From: Candidatus Falkowbacteria bacterium RIFOXYA2_FULL_47_19
Lineage (GTDB): Bacteria > Patescibacteriota > Patescibacteriia > Patescibacteriales > UBA12075
NCBI GenBank assembly: GCA_001780275.1
Contig: MFGB01000023.1
Coordinates: 69,375 to 133,374 of the forward strand
DNA length: 64,000 bases
Direction: 5' to 3'
Positions 43,432 to 52,249 of this stretch are shown one piece after another. Positions within the stretch are counted from its first letter, which is position 1. Each line of letters begins with the position of its first letter. A model generated the notes under the pieces. It saw nothing but the letters and a program-made list of their open reading frames with translations, was not told the DNA's origin and searched no databases. The translations under genes were made by a program, and so were the position numbers.

Positions 43432-45354
43432 CTATATTTCCGCGCCGCCCGCTTTGCCGGATTTATCGCTTTCATTTCCCATCTCCGCGGCAAATTCTTT
43501 TTTTGCTTCCTCGATCTCGAGAAGCTGCCTGGGGTCGGAAGTGATAAGCTGATCTTCAGTATATGAAGCCACGACTTTAATGGCCGCGTGTTTGCTGCCG
43601 GCGAAAAATATGCCTTCTCCCACGCCGCATTCCAAAAGCAGGTATTTTTCCCCTTCGGTCAAAACGAACACTTTCTGTATCAAGTCGATCGCGGCGGTCG
43701 ATTGCTTAAGAAGGAGCTGCAGGGACGAATTGGTCACGATCGCCTGCCCGTAAGGCGAAACCAGAAAGTCGTTCACGTCCTGCGTGATCGTGGTTACTCC
43801 CAGATAATATTTACGGCAGCGTTTTACCAGGGCATAAATGAATTTCGCGCTGTCTTCGTGCTGCATGAGCCACCAGGCTTCGTCTATTACCAGTATTCTT
43901 TGCTTGGTTTCGCTCCTGACAACGTTCCAGATATAATTTATGACCATATAGATAGCGATCGGCCGAAGCTCGTCTTCAAGGTCCCGGACCGAAAAGCATA
44001 CCAGCTGGTTATCCATTTTGACGTTCGTGGGATTATTGAAAAGCCCGGAAAATGTGCCCTGGGTATATTTACGGAGACGAAGAGCCAGGTCGTTGCCGCC
44101 CTCCATGCCCTCAAGAATGTCCTGAAAATCCTGCATGATCGGGGGTTCCACTTTGGATAGATCGCAGTCGGGGGTTACATCCTTCTTGGCATAGGTTTCC
44201 AATAGCGCCCGATCAACCACGGAATCTTCTTCATGGGTAAGATCACCGAGCATGAGCCGGATAAGCCCCTTAACCGTTATTACGGCGCTTCTGATGATAT
44301 CGCCCGGTTTGGCGTCGCCTTCGATGGCGCGCGGCAGATCGAAGGGGTTGATCTTATTTTCGCTGGACAGGGAAACATTTATATAAGTGCCGCCGACGGC
44401 GTCCGACAAATGCTTATACTCGTATTCCGGATCAATAATGATAACTTCCGTACCAAGCATCAAGGAACGCAGGACCTCCAGCTTTATGGCATAGCTTTTG
44501 CCGGCGCCGGAAGTGGCGAATACGACCGTATTGGCGTTTTGCAGGCTGAAACGATCGAAGAGGATCAGGCTGTTGTTGTGGCGGTTTATGCCGTACAATA
44601 TACCGTTATCGGTGGTAAGCTCGCTGGAAATAAAAGGAAAGGACGAAGCGATGGGAGAAGAATTCATGTTGAATGTTATGTAAAGCTCGTCGTTGCCTAA
44701 AGGCAAGGTCGAATTAAATCCCTGCTCCGACTGATAAAAGACTTTTTTCGAATAAACCAGGCGGGAGCCGAAAATATTCTCTATTTCCCCGGTCATTTTT
44801 TCCAGTTCTTCCCTGGAATCGGAATAGATCGTGACATAAAGCGCGAATTGGAAGAATTTTTCTATTCCCTGGGTTAAAGCGTCGCGCAAGGCCTCTATAT
44901 CCCTTAAGGCCGTTTCCCTTAGGGGGTCGCGCGCGGCGCCTTTCTCGGCGTCGGATATGATCTGCGCCTCCAGGGCGCCGACTTTCTTTTTTAACTGTTT
45001 TAGAATTATCGAGCTTTCAACCGGATAGAAAAACATGGCGACGTCAAAAGTAGAATTCAGATTGATGATCGGCGCGAACCAGCCGACGCTTATGTAGCGG
45101 GGATAAGTGATGACAAAGAGGGTTCGGACGAATTTACCCCCCAATATCACGTGATTGGGGTTGATCTTCATGCTGGCCGGGGCGATCAGATCCTTGATGG
45201 ATACGATGCCGCGGCGGTATGTTTTTTCCTCTTCGATATATTCTTCGGTGATCTCTATCGAACGGCTTTCTTCCCTGATCCTGCGCTTTTCGGTTTCTTC
45301 TTTTTCCCGAACCAATTTTTCTTCATTTTTTTGTGCTTGTTGGGGTTGGAACAT
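43432..45354 (-). CDS. VirB4/TrsE-like type IV secretion ATPase (middle and ATPase portion)
   Basis: Walker A is VFATSGAGKSYAIK and Walker B is ILVIDEAWWLM. The upstream region (LIAPASMKINPNHVILGGKFVRTLFVITYPRY) is typical of VirB4. Confidence 0.8.
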   Translation of the reverse strand: MFQPQQAQKNEEKLVREKEETEKRRIREESRSIEITEEYIEEEKTYRRGIVSIKDLIAPASMKINPNHVILGGKFVRTLFVITYPRYISVGWFAPIINLNSTFDVAMFFYPVESSIILKQLKKKVGALEAQIISDAEKGAARDPLRETALRDIEALRDALTQGIEKFFQFALYVTIYSDSREELEKMTGEIENIFGSRLVYSKKVFYQSEQGFNSTLPLGNDELYITFNMNSSPIASSFPFISSELTTDNGILYGINRHNNSLILFDRFSLQNANTVVFATSGAGKSYAIKLEVLRSLMLGTEVIIIDPEYEYKHLSDAVGGTYINVSLSSENKINPFDLPRAIEGDAKPGDIIRSAVITVKGLIRLMLGDLTHEEDSVVDRALLETYAKKDVTPDCDLSKVEPPIMQDFQDILEGMEGGNDLALRLRKYTQGTFSGLFNNPTNVKMDNQLVCFSVRDLEDELRPIAIYMVINYIWNVVRSETKQRILVIDEAWWLMQHEDSAKFIYALVKRCRKYYLGVTTITQDVNDFLVSPYGQAIVTNSSLQLLLKQSTAAIDLIQKVFVLTEGEKYLLLECGVGEGIFFAGSKHAAIKVVASYTEDQLITSDPRQLLEIEEAKKEFAAEMGNESDKSGKAGGAEI

Positions 45355-45413
45355 GCTTGTTGGATCGCTCTTAAAGATTTTAATAAGGTTTATACGGACT
45401 TATCGCCCAGACG

Positions 45414-46103
45414 CTAGTTATTGAACCTTAGCTGGTTCACGTCCGCGAGGTTCTGATTGGCCGAGGTGGTCGGATTATACGAATTATAATATAGCTCAAT
45501 AAGACCTTGGGTGTCCAGCTGGATCGCGTTTAAGCCGACGGAGTTCAAGCCTCCGATTATGTGCTCGACCCGGTGCGTCAGGTCTATACGGCGGCGAAGA
45601 AATTTTTCCTCTTTCATCTTGATAAGGGTTGTCGGCTTGAAAACATCGATGAAACGGGAAAAAAATCCCTTTTGCGTATCGGAAAAAAGATTATAAGGCA
45701 CAACGATATAAAAACGCTTATTCATGATCTTGCTCATGGATATGAGCTCGCTTATGTACTGGATATACTCCGCCGTTTGCATCTTTAAAAGCTCATTGGT
45801 CTGTTCTTTCTCTTTCTGTTTTAAAGTTTCCATATAGTTTTCGATGTTGAGCTCGCGGGACTGAATGACTATCTGCAGGGGGAAGCTTATATTGTTCAGA
45901 AAGCTTACGTAAGCCGAAATTATAGCGTTCTGCTCTTCTTCGCTTTTTAGGGCGAAATTAATGCTGGAAACCAGGATAACCGCCCGGAGGCTCCCGTCGC
46001 GTAAGATCACCGTGTCTTCCTTGATCTCGGCTATATCAAGATATTTCTGGGTGGAGATGCTTATTTTGTGCCTGGCTAAATTTGGCGCCTTTTTTTGGGG
46101 CAT
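45414..46103 (-). CDS. Protein resembling the N-terminal domain of Gram-positive VirB4 proteins (split VirB4?)
   Basis: IAEIKEDTVILRDGSLRAVILVSSINFALKSEEEQNAIISAYVSFLNN matches the N-terminal pattern of Tn916 Orf16-type VirB4 as I recall it. It is a separate ORF 59 nt upstream of the ATPase. Confidence 0.45.
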   Translation of the reverse strand: MPQKKAPNLARHKISISTQKYLDIAEIKEDTVILRDGSLRAVILVSSINFALKSEEEQNAIISAYVSFLNNISFPLQIVIQSRELNIENYMETLKQKEKEQTNELLKMQTAEYIQYISELISMSKIMNKRFYIVVPYNLFSDTQKGFFSRFIDVFKPTTLIKMKEEKFLRRRIDLTHRVEHIIGGLNSVGLNAIQLDTQGLIELYYNSYNPTTSANQNLADVNQLRFNN

Positions 46104-46135
46104 ATCTGAATAGGATTACGAATTACTTATAAAAT

Positions 46136-46612
46136 TTAAATTTTGATGTCCAGCTCCGATTTTATCTTAGACATCTTGTTTTGGGGTCCGTTTTCGCCGC
46201 GATAAGCTCCCTGAGTATCCACGATCAATGACAATTCCGTCAAACGCGAACTGCTCCACATCTTACTCTGCGTCTTGGGAGCCTCTTCCACGATCTTTAT
46301 CTCTTTTTCCGGCGACAGCGTTTCCTGCCCGGTAGCGTTGTTCCAAACCCTCAAAAACGGCCGTTTGGAGGTCTGTAGGAAATTCAGGACGAAAAAATGG
46401 AACGGCATGCCGTTGATCTTCAGAAAAGCGACTACGCCGCCCATAAAAAATATCACGATGGCCATGGTTAAAAACAGCGAAAAATCGAAAAGCTTATAAC
46501 AAGCGCCGATTATGACAAAACTCGTGAGCATTATAACGAATTGCCGGCTGGTTATGGGGCCGAAGATCTTATCCTCGACATCGATAAATTGCGGGACGGT
46601 GAACTGTTGCAT
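46136..46612 (-). CDS. PrgI-family (VirB3-analogue) membrane protein
   Basis: The start is moved to MQQFTVPQFIDVEDKIFGPITSRQFVIML, followed by two TM helices. This is the PrgI family signature. Confidence 0.65.
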   Translation of the reverse strand: MQQFTVPQFIDVEDKIFGPITSRQFVIMLTSFVIIGACYKLFDFSLFLTMAIVIFFMGGVVAFLKINGMPFHFFVLNFLQTSKRPFLRVWNNATGQETLSPEKEIKIVEEAPKTQSKMWSSSRLTELSLIVDTQGAYRGENGPQNKMSKIKSELDIKI

Positions 46613-46626
46613 ATTATAAGCGACGC

Positions 46627-46730
46627 GTTTTCGTTTGTTTCGTAATTTTTCGTTATATTCGTGTTTGGTGTTATTATAACAAAAACACGAAAATAACGAA
46701 TATCCGCGAAACAAAACGAACAATTAAAAT
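46627..46730. repeat. TTCGT / ACGAA word array forming a ~100-nt imperfect hairpin upstream of the PrgI-like gene
   Basis: ttcgttatattcgtgttt pairs with aaacacgaaaataacgaa (one mismatch). The outer arms are tcgtttgtttcg and cgaaacaaaacga. Confidence 0.8.
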
Positions 46731-46737
46731 CCTTTGT

Positions 46738-48261
46738 TTAAAACCTCAAATCCTTATTTAAATCCATAATAGCGTTGAATTCTTCCTGGGTCAAATATTC
46801 CGCGTTCGCTTTTAAGCGGTCGATAATAACGGCTTCTATGCTTTTATGCTCTCCGATACTCTCCTGTCCGATGGAAAGATAAAGTTTGTAGAGCGGGCTT
46901 TCGCGCCAGGCTTTTATTCCTAATAACCTCTGGCTGTAATTATCTTCTTCCAATAATTTTATCTTTCCCTTGATACTGGTAGCGGCAACGGCCGGATCGT
47001 CGCTTAAACGTCGAAAATCAATAAGGCTCATTTCCCCTAATTCGTCTACCGGCCCGGTCAATTTGGTTTTAGGGACATACTTGATGTCATCCATCCTGGT
47101 TTTTCCGGGGAGCGAGGCCTCGCTTCTGGCCTGAGCCATACTTACCCGTCCCGGAACGGCCGTTTCTTTCGGTTTTTCGATGATCGGTGCCGGTGCCATA
47201 GGGCGGATAATCGGCGGGGACGGCGGCGGCAAATCCGGGATCGGCTTATAAATGCCGGCGGTTTTCGGCGCGGATACACCGCTCGCCAAGGGCAATACGG
47301 ATTCTTCTTTTTTCTTAAGGTCGATCACGGCGGCTTTTTCCGGCGACATCTGTCTGACAGCGGAATCGGTTTTTAAATCGATGGCCGGAGGCAATATTAC
47401 GGGAGCCGTTCCTTTATCCTTCTGCTGGTCGTTTTTCGGTTTCACCGCCAATTTGCTGAAATCATAAGCCGGATCGGCGGATCCGCCGAGATCCTTGGCG
47501 ATTTCGGCTTTCTTCGCGGGCGCGTCTTCGGGTAATTTCATCTTAACCGGCGGTTTTATCTTTTCCGCCTGTTTGAGCTTCTGTTTTTCATTTTCCGCCG
47601 CGGCCATAATGCCGTCGACCGACTTTTCGTCGAGCTCCAATCCGCCTGAATTTACCGGCCGCATCAAGGCCAGCTTCGCGTCTATCTTGTTCCGCGTGCC
47701 GCGCAGATACGTTTTTAATACCGACCGCAAGCGATTGACGAGGTCCTCCGAACTTAAATTTATCTTCGCGGCCGTTATGACGCCGTTAATAGCCTCTTCG
47801 ACGCGTTCAGCCGTCACTTCGACCTGTTCGCCTGCCCGCTCCAATGTCTTGGTAAGCATCTTCACCTCTTCCTCGTCCTCCGGCGAAAAGAAAAAATTAG
47901 AACTGCGCACGGCCGCTTCGCTGGCCCGTTCTTTCGCCCATTTATCAAGCTCATCCCCAGCCGCGGCGACCGCTTCGCCGGCTTTAAACCCCAAATAATC
48001 AGCTACACCTGCAAACACCCTTGTTTTTAGTTCTTGCACCAGCTGTTCCGCGTGGCGTCCGTCCAGATTGTATTCAAAGACGAAATATTTATTCAGGTCC
48101 AAAAGTGCGATATCCCTGACCATAACCCTCATTACGACGCTTGCCAGATTGACGCTGTGCTTCTTTTCCATTTCCGCGACCGCCCGCAGCGTTTCCGGGG
48201 AAGATATTTTCGCCCGAAGTTCCCGGGGAAGCTGATTGTATTTTTGTAAGTATGTGATCAT
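46738..48261 (-). CDS. Hypothetical protein, low-complexity Pro/Ala/Lys-rich centre
   Basis: 507-aa ORF in the T4SS-like operon. No motif recognised. Confidence 0.5.
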   Translation of the reverse strand: MITYLQKYNQLPRELRAKISSPETLRAVAEMEKKHSVNLASVVMRVMVRDIALLDLNKYFVFEYNLDGRHAEQLVQELKTRVFAGVADYLGFKAGEAVAAAGDELDKWAKERASEAAVRSSNFFFSPEDEEEVKMLTKTLERAGEQVEVTAERVEEAINGVITAAKINLSSEDLVNRLRSVLKTYLRGTRNKIDAKLALMRPVNSGGLELDEKSVDGIMAAAENEKQKLKQAEKIKPPVKMKLPEDAPAKKAEIAKDLGGSADPAYDFSKLAVKPKNDQQKDKGTAPVILPPAIDLKTDSAVRQMSPEKAAVIDLKKKEESVLPLASGVSAPKTAGIYKPIPDLPPPSPPIIRPMAPAPIIEKPKETAVPGRVSMAQARSEASLPGKTRMDDIKYVPKTKLTGPVDELGEMSLIDFRRLSDDPAVAATSIKGKIKLLEEDNYSQRLLGIKAWRESPLYKLYLSIGQESIGEHKSIEAVIIDRLKANAEYLTQEEFNAIMDLNKDLRF

Positions 48262-48345
48262 GGGTTGGATATTATTTTTTCGTGTTAGTGCGGATTTTGA
48301 TATTTATTGAATATCCCATATCTTTCTTTATTTATATTGTTCTTT

Positions 48346-48510
48346 GATATTGGATATTAGATATTGTGATACAGGAAAAAATTGTTTCTATGATATAAAA
48401 ATATCATGGCCGCTAAATTCGGAAATCAGATACGGAATATTAGATATCTATTTTATTAGAGTGCGTAATTTAAAACTGCAGCATAATATCCAATATCTAA
48501 TATCCAATAT
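48346..48510. repeat. MITE-like unit: 20-bp perfect terminal inverted repeats ~125 bp apart; includes 31-bp exact repeat copy 2
   Basis: atattggatattagatattg (47-66) pairs with caatatctaatatccaatat (48491-48510). The segment 48480-48510 is identical to 41832-41862. Confidence 0.75.
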
Positions 48511-48525
48511 TCCGGTTTCGATTAT

Positions 48526-49260
48526 TTAACCCCTGACAATTCTCTTTTCCATCTTCCTTATCTCCTCATCCAGTGCTTTGCGCTCAAGGCTGCCGGCCGG
48601 ATATTTATTCGCTTCAATGCGCAGATCTTCTATTTTTGCTTCCTCACTGATCTCTTCTTCGATGGCCATGCGCTCAAGTCCGCCGGCCTCGTAATTCTCC
48701 TCTTCTTTCTTTAATTCGTCTATTTCCTTTTCTTCCTCCGTTCTGGGGGCGCCGGCGACGGAACGCGCCTTGCTTAGATCCTCCTCGCGTTCGATCGGGA
48801 TTATCTCCCACTTTTCTACCGGCACGCCATTAAGGCTCTCCGGAAAGAACTTAAGATTCCGGTAAAGGGATAAAAGCTTCCTGACCATCTCTTTCTCAAA
48901 GTCGTCAAGGCGCTGGCAGTTCGGCGAGTAAGTAACGTACTTCGTCAAAGCGACATTATCGAAGATCCCGCTGCCATTCGTCCTGATAAAATCCCGAAGC
49001 CAGTTCCGGACGCTCGGGGCATGCGGAGATCCGTCCAGTATAAAAGTCTTATGCGTCAGTTTTTCCGGGTTCTTATAAAGCGCGTATTCCAGTTCGTTTT
49101 TGAACTTAACATCTACGGCTATAAAATCTATGATATCGTCGTTTAATTCTTCCAGTAACGTATAATCATCCAACTCGAACACATCGCCCAAATTTCCTTC
49201 AAAAAGTTCCAATGTATCCTGTTTCGCCCCTTGGTTGGTATTGTTGTTAATATTCTCCAT
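48526..49260 (-). CDS. Hypothetical protein with an acidic C-terminal repeat
   Basis: 244-aa ORF. The C-terminus contains the repeated AGGLERMAIEEEI / AGSLERKALDEEI. Confidence 0.5.
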   Translation of the reverse strand: MENINNNTNQGAKQDTLELFEGNLGDVFELDDYTLLEELNDDIIDFIAVDVKFKNELEYALYKNPEKLTHKTFILDGSPHAPSVRNWLRDFIRTNGSGIFDNVALTKYVTYSPNCQRLDDFEKEMVRKLLSLYRNLKFFPESLNGVPVEKWEIIPIEREEDLSKARSVAGAPRTEEEKEIDELKKEEENYEAGGLERMAIEEEISEEAKIEDLRIEANKYPAGSLERKALDEEIRKMEKRIVRG

Positions 49261-49267
49261 AAAGATT

Positions 49268-51697
49268 TTACGCCCTGCCCTCGTGGATGGATTTTAATGT
49301 ATTATTCTTGTTCAAAGCTTCCATGAATTTAGAGTGATCGCTGCGAGTTGTAGCATTTGCGGCAGCATCCACCATCTGTTTCAGGACCAAGGGATCTACC
49401 TTGCCCATCTTCTGCATGGAATCAAGTTTTTGTATGCTGATATTATTGGCGAACGCCCGCGCGAAATCGGCATTCAAGAAATTGTCAGACTTGATCTTGG
49501 ACAAATGCTCCGGTTTGGCCTCGCTTATCAATCTCTCCATTTGAGCCGGAACGCCGTCCATGGCCTTAACCACATTGCCGGTCATGCCGGCATAGAATTT
49601 ACGGTGTACCCGGGCGTTATCGGTAAAATCGCCGCTGGCATTCAAAGCCGCCAACCTGCTATCGGCCGCGGCCTCTACCTTGTTGCGGTCATCCTGCGTC
49701 CGTATCATGCCCTCCACCGAATCCGCGAATTTAAGATTGCCGACCGTATCCCTGATAAGCTCCAGCGTCTCTCCCGTAATCTGGGAAGTATCGAGGTTAT
49801 CGACCCTGATAGTGCCGTCCTTGACCTTGGCCTGGAAAGCGGCGCTGGAATTGTTCCATAAACCGAAACGCCTATCGGCCGTATCATTGAATTCTTTCAT
49901 CAGGGTGGGCAATCCTTCAATATTGGATTTGGCCTGTTCGAGCTGTTCTTTATTCTTGAATTCGCTCATGGCGTTAAGCATCATGGAGGCGGTCTGCTTT
50001 TCATTCTTCGAGGCGCTCTTGTTGTCCAATATCCTTCTTAACTCGGCCGCGGACAAGTTCCCGAAATCCTGCTTCAGGCTGTTGATCTTCTTGGCGGCGG
50101 TCTCGTCAAGCGCGCGCCGGGCCGGACTATAAGCTTTCCGGAATTCCGCCTTGGTTTCGAGAGCCCGATGTTTGGCGACCACTTTGCCGCTAAGATCTTT
50201 AACGGTAATACCCGCCATATTGTTCCTTTCATACACTAAATCGCCGTGTCTTTGCGTAGCGCCCGTATTAAGGTCTTTCAGATCTTCCCATGCCTCGAAT
50301 ATCTTTTCCTTGGCTTCGCTCTTCTGCCGTCTCTTTTCACGGTATGTTTTGCGATCAGCTTCCGACCGGAACAGGTCCATGCTAACCTTACTGGTAAGCT
50401 TGCCGACTGTTTGGTTTTTAACCGCCTGCAGCGCAGCCCCGGCGGTCGCGGTCGTGGCCTTATACCGTCCGAACCACTTATCCCCGCTTTCCTCGACTTT
50501 GCGCTTCCGCTCGCTTTCGCGGCGCGCCGCGAAGGCGCCGTAGCGCTCGCGCACCCGGCGCACGCCCGTGTATTTCTGGGCCCAGCCGAGCCCCTTACCG
50601 GCCATACTGCCGGCGAGTCCTCCGGCCTGCTGGGTAATGATAAGCCCGCCGACTAAAAGGGCCAAGGTAACGGAGTAAGTCTGGAAAGAGGCGACGCTCC
50701 AGAAATCCGAGGGTATGTTGCTGATAAATTCCCCCTCAAGCATGTCCGCCCTGAGCGTGCTCATCGAAGATTGAGCGGTCGATAGGGCCAGCCAGTAGAA
50801 AAACGCCAATATCGGCCCCGTTACCACCTGCTTAGTGAACTCGCTCCACCATTGTCCCGCATATTTCTGCCCGCCGGGAAACGCCGAGCATAAATAAGCG
50901 ATCGGCGAAAGAATAATATAGATCCAAAGCATTACTATGCGAAAAAGCAGGATTAAAAATAAAACGACTACAACCACGAACGCAACGATGGCGGCCGCCA
51001 ATCCGGCCAAAAGAGCCCCGAACATCGACGAAAGATCGATTGGTAAGTTCGGATTTCTCGCGGCCGCTCTGGCCATCGTAAGCATATCTTCCATGCCCAA
51101 TAGATCGACAAGCCTATTTGATCCAGTGCCCAATCCTTGCACGAAGGTGAGCATGATAAGCTGGGAAAAATCTATGATCAATCCGCAGATCATCTTGGAA
51201 AAATTTATGAGTACGGCCATGATGATAAGTTTCCCTAAAAGCCTTTTAGCGCTGTAGCTCTCCTGCCTTAAGATCGTGGCGAAGGCGATCACTAAAAGGA
51301 TCAGGACGAAGAACATATTGCACAGGTCCCGGACTATTACCCAGCCCCGGTTAACGGTCTCCACGTTGATGAAATGATTCCATTCGAACACGTCCTGCAT
51401 TACGCTGGTCACTAAAATAAATAAAAGACCGATGCCCCTCACTATCTCATACACGATCCTGGTCATGGCTAGCATCAATTTTTCCGTTATGGAATTGCCC
51501 TCTATATTAATTCCGTTATTCCTTAAGCACTCCTGGTAAGCGGCTATTTGCTCGTCGGTAGCGTTTAGGCCGGGATTGTTGCATATAGGGGTCTCGGCGT
51601 TACTTACGGAAGGAAACAACAAAAAAACCAAAAAACAGCCCGATAGGACCAGGGTAACAGACTTCCAATCCTTAATTTTCTTGAATTTTTTTTCCAT
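49268..51697 (-). CDS. Polytopic membrane protein with a long soluble C-terminal domain (VirB6/TrbL-like candidate)
   Basis: A signal peptide, at least 6 TM segments in the first ~370 aa, and a charged C-terminal half. The assignment rests on position in the VirB4/PrgI cluster and on topology only. Confidence 0.45.
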   Translation of the reverse strand: MEKKFKKIKDWKSVTLVLSGCFLVFLLFPSVSNAETPICNNPGLNATDEQIAAYQECLRNNGINIEGNSITEKLMLAMTRIVYEIVRGIGLLFILVTSVMQDVFEWNHFINVETVNRGWVIVRDLCNMFFVLILLVIAFATILRQESYSAKRLLGKLIIMAVLINFSKMICGLIIDFSQLIMLTFVQGLGTGSNRLVDLLGMEDMLTMARAAARNPNLPIDLSSMFGALLAGLAAAIVAFVVVVVLFLILLFRIVMLWIYIILSPIAYLCSAFPGGQKYAGQWWSEFTKQVVTGPILAFFYWLALSTAQSSMSTLRADMLEGEFISNIPSDFWSVASFQTYSVTLALLVGGLIITQQAGGLAGSMAGKGLGWAQKYTGVRRVRERYGAFAARRESERKRKVEESGDKWFGRYKATTATAGAALQAVKNQTVGKLTSKVSMDLFRSEADRKTYREKRRQKSEAKEKIFEAWEDLKDLNTGATQRHGDLVYERNNMAGITVKDLSGKVVAKHRALETKAEFRKAYSPARRALDETAAKKINSLKQDFGNLSAAELRRILDNKSASKNEKQTASMMLNAMSEFKNKEQLEQAKSNIEGLPTLMKEFNDTADRRFGLWNNSSAAFQAKVKDGTIRVDNLDTSQITGETLELIRDTVGNLKFADSVEGMIRTQDDRNKVEAAADSRLAALNASGDFTDNARVHRKFYAGMTGNVVKAMDGVPAQMERLISEAKPEHLSKIKSDNFLNADFARAFANNISIQKLDSMQKMGKVDPLVLKQMVDAAANATTRSDHSKFMEALNKNNTLKSIHEGRA

Positions 51698-51718
51698 TGG
51701 AATTGATCACTGATCAAA

Positions 51719-52231
51719 TTATAATCCCGCGTATAACTTGGCGAACCACCCGAATATCCCCGTGGTAAAATCTATTATAATAATGACTGCCGCTATGATC
51801 GCGATGATACATACGAATAAAACTACATCGAAAACTACCAAGGCTATCTTCTCTACTAAATTTATCCCCTTGCTTTCTGATTGGCCGAAAGCGTTAGCGA
51901 CGCCGCCGAAAGCCGATTGCCATTCGCTCCCGAGTTTTCCGAAAAATTTTTCTCCCAGGGTCATACCTCCTAAAACATGCAGGTTTATGTAAGGCAGACC
52001 CAGGAAAACGAATCCCCAGACCGTCGAGATCGATTCCCAAGCGGACCGGAGAAGCCAATCGGTCCCCTTCCGGGCCGGCGCGGTTATCGCTGTAGCCGCT
52101 TTATCCATAAAGCCGCCCTCTTCTTTTCCGGGGGCGCTCCGCAAGCGTTTAAGCTCACCGGCAATCGCCTCTTCGTCTCCGGATCCATCTTCGTCTTCTT
52201 GGTTTGTATCGAAATCTTCGTTCATATGCAA
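51719..52231 (-). CDS. Small membrane protein with an acidic N-terminus
   Basis: Two or three TM segments (VWGFVFLGLPYINLHVLGG and VVFDVVLFVCIIAIIAAVIIII). Confidence 0.5.
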   Translation of the reverse strand: MHMNEDFDTNQEDEDGSGDEEAIAGELKRLRSAPGKEEGGFMDKAATAITAPARKGTDWLLRSAWESISTVWGFVFLGLPYINLHVLGGMTLGEKFFGKLGSEWQSAFGGVANAFGQSESKGINLVEKIALVVFDVVLFVCIIAIIAAVIIIIDFTTGIFGWFAKLYAGL

Positions 52232-52249
52232 TGGTCGCTTTCCCCTTTA

